64,000 bases of DNA from Eledone cirrhosa. Its lineage: Eukaryota. Below, piece by piece: positions 37,834 through 51,404 of this stretch. The translations under genes were made by a program, and so were the position numbers. Location of the stretch: positions 22,506,001-22,570,000 of the forward strand of contig OZ024753.1 in NCBI GenBank assembly GCA_964016885.1, in the 5' to 3' direction. The notes under the pieces are model-generated. The model worked only from the letters and a program-made list of their open reading frames with translations, made no database searches and was not told the DNA's origin. Each line of letters starts with the position of its first letter. Within the stretch, counting starts at the first letter, position 1.

Positions 37834-39608
37834 GGGCTTTGGTTTTGGTGTAGAACAGTGATATCAGGTCCACTATCTTCTTGGGGATTCCATAAGCCTG
37901 TAAGATCTTCATCAGGCAGTGACGGTCCGCAGAATCAAAGGTCTTTCTAAAGTCAATGAAATCCATGATCGCAGGAAGGCACTTTGTTTTAGCTCCCTCT
38001 AATATCCCCCTCAGCATCAGGATGTGGCTGGAGGTGATCTTCCCTCTCTGAAGCCGTTCTGGTTGTCCCTGAGCTTCTTCTCCATCTCAGGCTGGATCCT
38101 GTTAAGAATCATCCTTTTGAGGGTCGTTGCCACAAGTGACGTCAGTGAGATCCCCTTGTAGTTGTTGGTGTTAGAGAGATCTCCCTTCTTTGGCACTGGG
38201 ACTATGTTACTGATCCTCCACTGTTTCGGGGCAACTACTTTCTCCAGTGCCTGGTTACAGAACCCTAGGATGATATCATCAAAATGACACATCTTCATCA
38301 CCTCTGATGCCACTCCATCTTCTCCATGAGCCTTGCCCTCCTTGATCTTCCTCTTGGCTCTCTGAAGCTCCTCTCTGGTGAAGGGCTCTGTCTCAATATC
38401 CAGTTCTTCAAACAGCCGCCTGATCTCCCCAGTTCTCTGGGCTGTGGAGGGCGGCTCTCCTAGTAGGGTCCTAAAATGGTCTAGCCATTTCCTCTTCCTA
38501 TCCTCGGGCCCTGTTCCCTGGAGCTGGCTCGAACACCTTCTCTTCCTCCCTGTGATCTCGTTGATGATCATCCAGCCCTCCTTAAATCCAGACCTGTCAA
38601 CCGCTCTCTCCACACTTCTGATCTTCTCAATCAGTGCTTCCTCTCTGGCCTCAGTGTAAGCGGGACAGAGTTCTTCCTTCATCACCTTCACAGTCTCAAT
38701 CCTCTCCTCCGTAGGATCAGCATAGAATTGGTCCTTAGCAGATAATTTGGCTCCCTACCTTTTTATCTTTGTAGTGGACTATTGTATGCGCCTTGCACTG
38801 GAGAAACACCAGGACTCTGGCTTTACTGTAGCACCGGTTCAGAGCAGGAGAGTTAAGGCGAAAAAGATATCGGATGCTGAATCTGCCGACGACATAGATT
38901 TGGTGACAAATACAGTGAAGGAGGCAGAGGATTTGATGCAGGAGGTTGAGACTGAATGAAACTAAAACAAAATATCTGGTAGAGAATGTTGCGAAGCCAG
39001 AGGGGATCACTAATGTAGGCGAGAAGCCGCTAGAATTGGTTGAAGACTTCCTGTATTTGGTAGCAAAGATTGCGAATGCGGAAGATGATGTGGTTGAAAG
39101 GAAAGCAAGGCCTGGGCGGTGTGCCACAGCTTCAGATCGGTGTGGAAGTCAGACCTTCGTAAAGACCTGAAAATCCGCCTCTTCATTGCTGTAGTAGAAT
39201 CTGTGCTGATGTACGGGTCTGAGACTTGGACACTGACCAATATACTCACTCAGATGGTGGGTGGGTGCTACACGAGAATGCTGAGGATGGCTCTGAACAT
39301 TAATCAGTATACACTCAGGATGAAAAACCCAGAGCTGTATGGGACCCTCCCAAAAGTCAGCTTAAAGTGACACAGAGGAGACTGAGGTTAGCTGGACATG
39401 CTTACCGATATTCAGAGTTGACATTGCACTCACTGCTCCTGTGGGAACCCCTACATGGACACACTGGAAGAGGAAGACTAAGGTTAACGTATTTTGATGC
39501 CCTAAGGACAGACACTGTTGGAGACACAGGACATGGCAGCGATAATGAAGGACAGAGACAGCTGGGGAGAACTCGTCCATGGATCTCGGGAATTTTATCC
39601 GCCCTAGA
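37768..39608. mobile_element. RTE-clade LINE with 5' inversion, inserted in (TA)n
   Basis: The minus segment (about 38730 to 37768) encodes [27 protein letters not shown] and GVLQGD. The plus segment from about 38740 continues DNLAPYLF, SADD, SVLMYGSETW and RRLRLAGH. Confidence 0.88.
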
Positions 39609-39615
39609 TATATAT

Positions 39616-40236
39616 AAATACATGTTATACATTAATATATATGATAAACACAAAACGTGTTTGCATTGCAACAGACAAAGTTAGCTATCAATGAAATAAA
39701 CTAATTAAAGTGAATACAATTTGTCTGTCTCGATATAAGTCAATAAAGACAAGCTTATATTGGCAAAAGCCGTGATTCCTGGACAAATCTAAATTTCAAA
39801 ATCCAAACCCGCTCCGTAGATGAATTTGAACTTCGAAACCTAAATATGTTTCGCAACGATGGTACATGAATTGAAAAATAAAGAGAATCGAAATGGAATT
39901 GAAATAAAAAGTGAAATATCCAAATCTTCTGTGCTTATCAACAGGAATCCAATAAAATTAGTAGCGGGTTTGGATTTTGAAATTTAGATTTGTCCAGGAA
40001 TCACGGCTTTTGCCAATATAAGCTTGTCTTTATTGACTTATATCGAGACAGACAAATTGTATTCACTTTAATTAGTTTATTTCATTGATAGCTAACTTTG
40101 TCTGTTGCAATGCAAACACGTTTTGTGTTTGTCATATATATTAATGTATAACATGTATTTAACTGCTCGGAAATGCCTCTTTCTTGGAGCTGATTAATTG
40201 TAAACGACTGAGAGTTTAATCTCAAAATATAATATA

Positions 40237-40238
<2 letters not shown>
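39616..40238. mobile_element. Insert with inverted arms in (TA)n, family unknown
   Basis: 39616-39803 is the reverse complement of 39963-40160. The right arm extends about 75 bp further to (TA)n. No hammerhead was seen. Confidence 0.7.
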
Positions 40239-40268
<30 letters not shown>

Positions 40269-40272
<4 letters not shown>

Positions 40273-41025
40273 AACGTAAAATCAGAAAATTATAGTAATT
40301 AGCTTACTTACTTACAGTAAGAAAATTATAGTAATTAGCTTATTTACTTACGTAAGTAAGCTAATTACTATAATTTTCTTATTTTACGTTTTTCATATAA
40401 TTGTTCTGCATCCCCTTGCATTGAACCACAAAGTTACTAAGACAAAACCTATATATTTGCTTGCATAGGTATACATCTGTATATATATGTTGGTAGATAT
40501 ACTAATTCTTTATAATTATCTCCAAATTATTTTGTTGAGCAAAAATTTGCCAAAATTACTACTATAGTTCATAGCAACAGCTTGGCTACTGTCTTTTTAA
40601 CATCCCACTCCTCACTGATTAACGTCGATGTCACGTGATTTATTCTTTTGAATTTGCTACCGAACAAGAAGGCAGTGATTTTTTCAGTGTCTTGGAATTT
40701 AGTCCTCGCTTGCTCTTTTCCATCCACTGAATATTTTTGTATAAGTTCCCTGTGTCCATGCATCGCCAGGTATCTTAGCTGAGAATGACTCCCTGGTGAC
40801 GAAAAGGTTTTCTCCGTGATCTCCATGTATATTCCCTTTCAGAAACTAATTAGTTGGAGTGAAATTTAAGTAAGTAAGCTAATTACTATAATTTTCTTAT
40901 TTTACGTTTTTCATATAATTGTTCTGCATCTCCTTGCATTGACCCACACAGTTACTAAGACAAAACCTATATATTTGCTTGCATAGGTATACATCTGTAT
41001 ATATATGTTGGTAGATATACTAATT

Positions 41026-41030
<5 letters not shown>
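40269..41030 (+). mobile_element. Non-coding, partially tandem element (unit about 518 bp) in (TA)n, copy 2
   Basis: Direct repeats at 40352-40512 and 40870-41030, with inverted pieces at 40269-40351. Confidence 0.78.
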
Positions 41031-41054
<24 letters not shown>

Positions 41055-41060
<6 letters not shown>

Positions 41061-41992
41061 AAAGTATGTCCATAGAATCATTTGATAAAATATATACACT
41101 ATCTCCTCTCCCAATCAGCATAATCAACCACACAAAAAGCCAATTAAACAAGACTATAAGATTAAAAGGCACCTATGAAGAAACAATAGATAAATAAACG
41201 ACAGCTATCTATCCGCGATCAACAGCTATAGAATATTTACCAAGTATTCCTAATAACACGTGGAAATCGATTACATATATCGTCAACCATATACAATTAG
41301 GTATAAAGTCAAAGTTAGAAGAAAAAATGTATATAAGCATACCAAAATTATGTTTCTACACCAGGAGGTTTTATTCGCTTTTTGGAAATATCCAATCAAG
41401 GATAAATTCACGAGTTTCGAAATCATCAGGAAACAAACTAACTTGGACGAAGAATTTTCTTAAATGATCCCCGCCAGAAACGAATTCAAAATGGCTAAGA
41501 ACTGTGACGTGGCACTGGTAAAGTCAGAAAGAATGTGATTGGTGCCTTACGGTAAGTGGGCTGGTTGCTAGAAAGCGCAGCCTAATACTGCCTAAATTGC
41601 ATCTCAACCATATGGGAGATTATCAAATATAAAGATTTACATATACATAAATTAGACAAAGTCATATATATATATATATATATGTGTGTGTTTTTGGCGA
41701 CCATTCACGCTGTGGCTCAATGACGAATTAATTAATTAAATAATCAACAATCAGAGCAATATACAATAAAGTATGTCCATAGAATCATTTGATAAAATAT
41801 ATACACTATCTCCTCTCCCAATCGGCATAATCAACCACACAAAAAAACAATTAAACAAGGCTATAAGATTAAAAGGCACCTATGAAGAAACAATAGATAA
41901 ATAACCGACAGCTATCTATCCGCGATCAACAGCTATAGAATATTTACCCAGCATTTCTAATAGCACGTGGAAATCGATTAAATATATTGTCA
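41055..41992. repeat. Direct repeat pair of about 230 bp (41055-41286 and 41761-41992)
   Basis: Near-identical blocks starting ATACAATAAAGTATGTCCATAGAATC. Confidence 0.85.
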
Positions 41993-42110
<118 letters not shown>

Positions 42111-42848
42111 ATGTATGTATGCATAAACGAATACAGTAAACTAGACAACCAGTAATACCAACTACTAGTCATATCATATATTTTGGTTTCTATTAATTCC
42201 CAAGGGAATTGTTCGACCAAATGCTTTACTTATTTGTTTATTTATTTTATAAAATTCTTTATTCTTCCTCTTAGAATTATTTGTAGAGTTATTATTTGAA
42301 AGCAAAGCATTGGCCCCTAAAATACTACCGTGACCATCTGCAATGCTACTGTGGGCTCCCTGAGCCCTATTTGCCATTGGGCCACCTGGCAACCTGGCCA
42401 GTCTACCACTGACACTAATTACTTATGTATTGAGTGAGGCGTTAACCTGCTGAGGTCGTGGGATTGCCCAATTTCATAATATTGGCTGATAATATGCAAT
42501 TTACTGCAGTTTTAAGAACTGTTGTTGGGCTGAATATTGCACAGAAATGGAATCCGTCTAGGTGCGAGATAATGTATCTTTACCTAAACAGGCACTGCCC
42601 TCACTATTTAACTATTGTGTGTGCACTCTGAACATTAAGATGCAGTTTCAAAACCACAACCTTATTGATTCATTGACTCCTGGCCGGAGATCATTGTAAT
42701 AATCTAGAATGGCTGAGAACTTCCTAAGTCTTTTGGGATTATTGCTGGATCAAGGAAACTGATTAACATCGAACTTCTATCATCTTTACCAGGATCTATA
42801 TTGGTTAACTCCAATATAACCATATATATATATATATGTGATCAAGTA

Positions 42849-42915
42849 TATTTTATTATACATATTTCAGAGGTACTGAGTTAAGTTCAACAGTACGTCC
42901 TCATCAGATAAAATA
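42849..42915 (-). ncRNA. Type I hammerhead ribozyme motif
   Basis: The minus strand reads TATTTTAT-CTGATGA-GGACGTACTG...CAGTACCTCT-GAAA-TATGTA-TA-ATAAAATA, with an 8-bp stem I. Confidence 0.85.
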
Positions 42916-43467
42916 AGATGATGCATGACATACCCTGACGTAGTAGATGGTTAAGATTCAATCATGATATTGATTAACATATGACAAAACTCAATATTTA
43001 TACCCTAATATTGAGAGCATGAGATAACATAATACAAACAATAGAGAGGGTGCGTGTAATACAGCTTAAAAAAAGACATGGCTTCAATATAACAGTTAAA
43101 AAATTGTTTAACTTTTAAATATATATATATATAAGCGCTCATATATTCACCTAGCTTATGCTAACAGAATAACTATGAAGCTTGTTTCCTTCCTTCTACG
43201 GTTAGCTCTACTCTTTGTTGTTTTCCTGTCTCACTCGCTTTACGCGTTTTAATTGTCCTAATAACTTAATTTAGTTATTATTGCACCGACGTGAGGTATA
43301 TGATTTTTAATGCAATGAAATATCTATGATCGTCGGCAAATCACTGATGAGGGACTTATTTTATTACATGTTATCCATGTGCTACCAGCAGTATTTTTCT
43401 CCCCATTTTATCATATATATATATGTATATATCAGGAATTTGATAACTCATATATATATATGTATAC

Positions 43468-43657
43468 TTTTCGGACTTTCGCAATTATCTCCCTTACACC
43501 TTTCGCGCCCAGTTTTGTATTGCCTGGGTGAAGTGACCGTTTCTGCGCATGCGCGTTCATACGGTTGTCCTTCCTATTCCGTATAACCGTGACCATTACG
43601 TGCTAAGGTGAAACAATTGTTCTCGGTATGGTGAACTAACTGTTGTGTTACCACTTC
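43468..43657 (+). mobile_element. Solo 3' end of the Naiad-type family found at 27.2-28.7 kb
   Basis: Aligns with 28439-28640. The 5' half of the hammerhead core is deleted. Flanked by (TA)n. Confidence 0.85.
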
Positions 43658-43721
43658 TATATATATATGTATGTATGTATATATCAACAATTTGATGACT
43701 CTCTCTCTCTCTCTTCTCTCA

Positions 43722-43852
<131 letters not shown>

Positions 43853-44214
43853 TTTTTATGTGTAGGAAATGCTGGTTTTTCTTTTTTCTAAACTTAAATG
43901 TCATAACATTATAGATTATTTGTTTAAAGTTATTCACATACACATCGTGTAACCAAGCTTATGTTTACGTGTTGATGGTACATACGCAAACACACAATGC
44001 ATATATGTGAAATTATATACACACACTCCTCCACATACACATTCAAACATAAACACAATTTACCTACACAGATAAATTCATACACACACGAACACTATAC
44101 ATATATAGTAATTTATACACTCATGCACACACATTCATAAAGACATGGAAATGAGTGAGAAAATGTGTTCGTGAGGGAAAGACAGAACAAAAGAAAAAGG
44201 AATGGAGAATTGAT

Positions 44215-44263
<49 letters not shown>

Positions 44264-44389
44264 TCATCCTCAATTGTTCCACTTCCCCTCCATTTGAAGA
44301 AACAGTCTAGTTTATTTCTAGAAAACTCCCTGTTTATTGTAGGGATGGTTGGGTGTCGGACGTTTTCGCTTAGAAATAACAATAATAAT

Positions 44390-44660
44390 AATTGGTTCTA
44401 CTTTTGGCACAAGACCACTAATTATCCCAATGTATCACTGGTACTTTATTTTATCGTTTTATCGACCCTGTAAGGATGAAAGGCAAAGTTAACCTCGGCG
44501 AAATTTGAACTCAGACCATGAAGGGCCGGTAACTCTTTGCTACAAAGCATGACGTCCGACGCTCTACCGATACTGCCAACCCACCGCTTAATAATAATGG
44601 TTTCTTATATAGGCACAAGGCCGACAATTTTGGAAGCGGGGAAAGTCGATTAAATCGACG
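44390..44660 (-). mobile_element. Main-family SINE (full copy) plus a second tail fragment
   Basis: The minus strand has an A-box (TGGCAGTATCGGTAG), a B-box (GAGTTCAAATTTC) and the central GCCTTTCATCCTTACAGGGTCGATAAAA. Flanked by (AAT)n. Confidence 0.8.
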
Positions 44661-44668
44661 CCAAGTAG

Positions 44669-44986
44669 GTAACATCGAATAGGTTTAAGACCAGATATAA
44701 CTCGCATCTTCATTCGTTTAGTAACCCTAGACTTAGTAAAACCACTTCACTACCTACCTACCTACATTCATTAAAAACAAGTAATATACCATATACCCAA
44801 GAATGGGGAGTGATAGCTAAGGGCCCTTCTTTTAAACCACCTAACAAACTCTGTAACCTTTGCCTCCTTGAGTCTCGAACTATTATTCATTCAAATCTCA
44901 ACCTGTTAAATAGAAAATCAGAAATTTTCTCCACGTGTCTACATTACCACAGATATTCTTTCTACGATTTCAAACCAAATAGCTAA
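44669..44986 (+). pseudogene. Naiad-type GIY-YIG endonuclease C-terminus (not in the ORF track)
   Basis: Manual translation: TSNRFKTRYNSHLHSF...QEWGVIAKG..KLCNLCLLESRTII..LLNRKSEIFSTCLH..FKPNS-stop. Confidence 0.85.
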
Positions 44987-45896
44987 TATATAACAATGTC
45001 GTATATATTACTATATTACTACTACCTTTAAGTTTATTTCATTCGCTTTTTGTAATTATATAACTACACCTTAATTTTAACAAACCACCCCACCTTATAT
45101 CCCATCTGATATCCCTTTCTCTTACTTAATTATCATATTATCACCATAACATATATATTAATAAACTCCTTCATATATCTCATATCTAATACAAATCATA
45201 TTTTTCTTAACCAAATAAATAAACAATTTAGACACCCTAAATAACACTCCATCCTTACTACTTAAATAATATATAACACTAAATAGCTGACAACAGTTAT
45301 ATAAACCCCTATATAGTTATTAATAATTCAACCCTATTTACACAATCTGAATAAATAAGAATAACAATAACTTTTATATATAATTGATAAATAATCAATC
45401 ATAATTTATAATTTATAAATGTTAATTTATAACACCATTTAATGAATGATAATTTTTAATAGGTAAAAAACAATAATTTATAATAATAAAATAACCATTC
45501 TTATATTGTCAAGCTTAATTAACTCACCTTATGAGTATCGTTTCCCTTATTTTTTAAAACAATTTAATGATTTTTTACCATTAGACTTCGTGCAATAATT
45601 CTTAATAGAACTCGCACATAAAGCAAAGTGAATTATATCTTAATAGAACATTTAAAGATAGGAATGGATAGTATAACATCTTTCTTATATTAACATGGCA
45701 GGAAATACAGTGGAATTAATCTTTACTTCACACATTTTTTTAAACTGTACATATCTCACATACATCACAACTAGAATTAAAAACATTCCAAGTATAGTAC
45801 ATTTGCTTTACACCTAGAAGATACATTTATACACAAACTCTAATATAAAAGCTCTTGAATGACAATCATCTATCTTATTTACTCATATTATTTGCA

Positions 45897-46367
45897 TTGG
45901 CAGTATCGGTAGAGGGTTGGACGCCATGCTTTGATGCCTTGTGCCAAAAGTAGAAACAATTATTTGCATTCTGCAAATCTATGGCGGTGGATTGGCAGTA
46001 TCGGTAGAGGGTCGGACGCTATGCTTGGCAGCTAAGAGTTACGCCCCTTTATGATCTGAGTTCAAATTCCGCCAAGGTTAGCTTTGCCTTTGATCCTTAC
46101 GGGGTCGATAAAATAAAGTACCAGTAATGCACTCGTTAATTGCTGGCCTTGTTCCAAAAGTAGAAACAATTATTACTATGGTGGATTGGCAGTATCGCTA
46201 GAGGGTCGGACGCCATGCTTTGCAGCACAGAGTTACGCCCCTTTATGATCTGAGTTTAAATCCCGCTAAGGTTAACTTTGCCTTTCATCCTTACGGGGTC
46301 GATAAAATAAAGTACCAGTAATGCACTGGGTAATTGCTGGCCTTGTGCCAAAAGTAGAAACAATTAT
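45897..46367 (+). mobile_element. Cluster of three tRNA-derived SINE copies with a Meta-like central domain
   Basis: A-box TGGCAGTATCGGTAG, B-box GAGTTCAAATTCC, central GCCTTTCATCCTTACGGGGTCGATAAAATAAAGTACC (resembles the MetaSINE/Sauria-type domain) and tail CCTTGTGCCAAAAGTAGAAACAATTATT. Confidence 0.85.
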
Positions 46368-46795
46368 TTGCATTCTGCATTACACAACATTTATTAACCT
46401 TATCATTACGTTTTTCTTTTTTAACACTTTTAACATTCTGTATGAAATATGCTTGATTTATTTATTATATAACTCTTACCTCATGCATGCTTTTATTAAT
46501 TTTTTGCATTATATACTCTTAATATTAACTTTTTTAATGCTATGATATCTTTTATTTATCTTCTCTAACACCTTTTTTGCTTGTATCTTTTGCACAGGTA
46601 TTACGTTAAAGAATATCTTTATATATAATATGCTCAATTTTTCACTCTTCACTCCTTGTAATGTGATATCTGTAACATAACATCAATGTGACACGCCTGC
46701 TTTTCAATGTGATGTCACTGATACTGTCAATAGTTATGTACCCTTATCAATGTTCAGAGGACTAGCATTATAATTACCTGTTTAAACATTGTGTA

Positions 46796-46842
46796 TGCTC
46801 CGATGATCCAGACATTTGTCTGGAAGAAACAGTTTGTCAGCA
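46796..46842 (+). ncRNA. Type I hammerhead motif, CCGAUGA core variant
   Basis: TGCT-CCGATGA-TCCAGAC(attt)GTCTGGAA-GAAA-CAGTTTG-TC-AGCA. Confidence 0.75.
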
Positions 46843-47072
46843 ATTAAATGTAATAAACTACAATTTGATTGTTTTTATATTTTGTATATATATATATAAT
46901 ATTATTATTTATAGTTATATATACACTATATACAACTATAAACATGAAAGGTCAGTAATTTATTGCTACCTTATTATCAGCAAGAAAAATAGCTCAATGT
47001 AAATACATGAGATGTTTACAGAGCCGGAATATAAGTTACACAATAATCAAAGCTATGTTCAAATCATTTTAT

Positions 47073-47119
47073 TGCTGACAATCGTTTCTTCCAAACTATC
47101 GTTTGGGATCATCGGAGCA
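47073..47119 (-). ncRNA. Type I hammerhead motif, CCGAUGA core variant
   Basis: The minus strand reads TGCT-CCGATGA-TCCCAAAC(gata)GTTTGGAA-GAAA-CGATTG-TC-AGCA. Confidence 0.75.
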
Positions 47120-47511
47120 TTAGCAATGTTTGTAGATATAGTTAACCTCCTATTCAACTGAACAATCATATAGATACATGGATATTAATGTTGTCAACAA
47201 CAGTTTCGTATTTACAGAGTGGAATGGATGCGACATAGATTTCAAGAGAATTGGACAATAATTAAAATTAAAAATTAAAAGTTAAAAGGCACAGAGTGGA
47301 ATGCATGCGACAGAGATTAGTATAACAATTAGAAACATCAAGGTAGAAAGTTACTCGTGAAACGAGGACACTAGCAGTTCATATGCAAGCGTATAGAGAG
47401 AGTGCAAATGCAATAGTCATATACAGGAAGGAAACAAGCAATGGTACTGGGCATATATAATTTCTGCGAGGCAAAGGTATCACCTAAAACAACATATGTT
47501 GTTGTATTAAA

Positions 47512-47627
<116 letters not shown>

Positions 47628-47718
47628 TTTGCTCTATGGTTTTTATATATTTGATATATATTTATCCGTATCGAGCCCTCTTTGGATTTTAGTCTTCACA
47701 TTTATTATTATTACTATG

Positions 47719-48243
<525 letters not shown>

Positions 48244-48726
48244 TTATATATATATATACATATATATATATATACTACCACCTCTGTTAGTCAACTAACA
48301 GATAACGAATGACAACCTCGGACAGAGATATGAACACTCCTCTCTAAATATCTATGTAAAAACTAATAATTTTTCCTCCGCATTTTATTATTATTCGTTT
48401 AGATATGTAATTTAACTGCACTTTGCACACCCGACGTTGAAAAAGCATATATTGCTGAAACCGGTACCACAATTAAATGCTTTGATATTATACTGAAAAA
48501 ATCCCTCCAGCATTTTCTACTGAATTCTTTTCCTTTTTACTATTTGTTTATATATATATATATATACGGTATAACAAATTATTGTTATAGGTAGTCCACT
48601 TAGATGTAGTGGAGGGTACTCCGAGTAGTGGATAGTACTAACGCTTGGCTAAGTTTGACTCAACAAGACTTTTCCATAGTGATGCTGCGAGTACGCGGTG
48701 ATTTCTATGTAATAATTGGAGTAATA

Positions 48727-48912
48727 ATTATTTCTACTTTAGGCACAAGGCCAGCAAATTACCCAGTGCATTACTGGTACTTTATTTTATCGACCCCGTA
48801 AGGATGAAAGGCAAAGTCAAGCTCGGAGGGATTTGAACAAAGATCGTAAAGGGACGTAACTATGCTAGAAAGCATGGCGTCCGACCCTCTACCGATACTG
48901 CCAATCCACCGT
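48727..48912 (-). mobile_element. Main-family SINE (duplicate at about 56449-56634)
   Basis: Reverse complement of the 46.2-kb copy, with A- and B-boxes and tail. Confidence 0.85.
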
Positions 48913-48920
48913 AATAATAC

Positions 48921-51099
48921 ATCAAGAAAGAAGAGTGACATGGTTTGCTATACAATAAGTGCTTTATTCACATGGCTGACAATTGTTTCTCTGAACTGGT
49001 AGGTCTAGAGATCGCTACCCGCCGGTTTTTGCGTCAATCGATCACCAATACTTCGTTATAACCAGTCTATACATCAGAGCATGCGAGAATGAAGGATATA
49101 CACAGGCATGGCTTCTATATATAGTAGTGGCATTAAATCAGAACAATAATAACAATACTCACATAAATTAGCTAGATAGTAAATAGTTAAAACAATCACA
49201 ACATCAATCTAAGTAAGAAATAGAGTATACTGATGACTTTAGCATGTGAAACGAACTGATACGAAACAGATGTATGAAATTGACATGTGAAAGATGTCAT
49301 GGGGTACATTATATATAGTGTAGAGATAACCTGGGGCTTGAAACAAGGGACCATTTACTTTACTGTAGGTTTGCTAACCGTAAGATTTATTTATTATCAG
49401 ACATATAAAATATTTTCATTGTAGTGAGGATGGTAATTTTTATGTGGTGTAAAGTGGATTCATTATTTAAGTGGTCTATATTATATGTAGGGATTGTTAG
49501 TTCGAATCATGGGGGTTGTTTAGCTTTGACAGCATCAATAACAAATCATGCATGAATAAGACAACAATAACAACAATAACAAGGTAATACAGAGGTTAAG
49601 AACGCAAGGTATATATAGAGAACATGATGAATTACGGATACATTGGGGTGTTCATTATAAGAACAGAAGGAAGGTGATATCTAAAGGACTGTGGTAGTAG
49701 TAAAATAATGTACTTAGAATTAAGTGTATCTGTTGAAAATCATGTGCTAATGTGAGGAGGTAGTGTTGACAGAAGCCGAGAAGAGATATATTTATGGGTT
49801 GATAAGATATATACAGGCATTACTGTGGTATAGAATTAAGGAAGCTAGAAGCTGTTTAAAGAATATTATAGTTCTGTGGTGGTCTGTGTGAGAGTGCGAT
49901 TTCATATGTTGAATGCTAAGTTATGTTGGTTCGAATCACGGTGGCTTAAATCTTGTGAATTTAGTAGCGATCCTGTGTCTGCAGAAAATTGACCTTTCTA
50001 TTTTGTTGTTGAGTAGCCTTTTATCGTTCCTAAGGATATACAGTAATTCAAGGTCGCAGAGCCTACAATAGGACATACCGGTACTATATGCCCTTGCGGT
50101 CGACAACCTCGACCAGTTGAGATTGTAGTCGATGTTATTGTCCTTAAGTTCCCAGATTTTTTGGCGAGTCTTGTAGAGCCTATTAGTGCACGGTTCTTCA
50201 TCGAATGTCTGTGCACATACCATCTTTTTTTAAACGTACGCGCGGTGGATCCAATGTAATGCCAGGTGGAGTTGCCCGAGTTCACCGTACACATATACAC
50301 TAGGCTGGTATCAAGGCACTACCACAGTCCTTTCAATATCACCTTCCTTCTGTTCTTATAATGTACACCCCAATGTATCCGTAATAGTATTCATCATGTT
50401 CTCTATATACCCTTGCGTTCTTAACCTCTGTATTACCTTGTTATTGTTGTTATTGTTGTCTTATTCATGCATGATTTGTTATTGATGCTGTGAAAGCTAA
50501 ACAACCCCATGATTCGAACTAACAATCCCTACATATAATATAGACCACTTAAATAATGAATCCACTTTACACCACATAAAAATTACCATCCTCACTACAA
50601 TGAAAATATTTTATATGTCTGATAATAAATAAATCTTACGGTTAGCAAACCTACAGTAAAGTAAATGGTCCCTTGTTTCAAGCCCCAGGTTATCGCTACA
50701 CTATATATAATGTACCCCATGACAGCTTTCACATGTCAATTTCATACATCTGTTTCGTATCAGTTCGTTTCACATGCTAAAGTCATCAGTATACTCTATT
50801 TCTTACTTAGATTGATGTTGTGATTGTTTTAACTATTTACTATCTAGCTAATTTATGTGAGTATTGTTATTATTGTTCTGATTTAATGCCACTACTATAT
50901 ATAGAAACCATGCATGTGTAAATCCTTCATTCTCGCATGCTCTGATGAATAGACTGGTTATAACAGAGTATTGGTGATCGATTGACGCAAAAACCGGCGG
51001 GTAGCGATCTCTAGACCTACCAGTTCAGAGAAACAATTGTCAGCAATGTGAATAAAGCACTTATTGTATAGCAAATCATGTCACTCTTCTTTCTTGATT
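48921..51099 (-). mobile_element. 5'-truncated Naiad-type Penelope-like element with a long inverted 3' arm (duplicate at about 56643-58821)
   Basis: Minus-strand GIY-YIG remnant at 49936-50320 (LVY..YIGSTARTFKKRW, CRLCDLE, LNNKIE..CRH). 48921-49696 is the reverse complement of 50321-51099. Confidence 0.88.
50938..51045 (+). ncRNA. Type I hammerhead motif with an 81-nt stem II region (inverted copy at 48971-49083; duplicates at about +7722)
   Basis: TGCT-CTGATGA-ATAGACTGGT...ACCAGTTCAGA-GAAA-CAATTG-TC-AGCA, followed by AATAAA. Confidence 0.72.
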
Positions 51100-51127
51100 T
51101 ATATATATATATATATATACACACACG

Positions 51128-51404
<277 letters not shown>

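Noticed and set aside
41405-41435. Minus-strand CTGATGA-TTTC-GAAA as a hammerhead
   Set aside because: There is no stem II, the cleavage position is G, and stem I is weak.
43312-43355. GAAA-TATC-TA-TGAT...ATCA-CTGATGA as a type II hammerhead
   Set aside because: Stem II cannot pair.
45990-46075. tRNA gene
   Set aside because: A- and B-boxes are present but there is no cloverleaf. It is a SINE head.
50965-51012. SECIS-like GTGA-N11-AAAAA...GA inside hammerhead stem II (some Naiad elements encode selenoproteins)
   Set aside because: The SECIS upper helix pairs poorly, GATCG/CGATC pairing explains the segment better, and no in-frame TGA replaces a Cys in the Naiad frames visible here.
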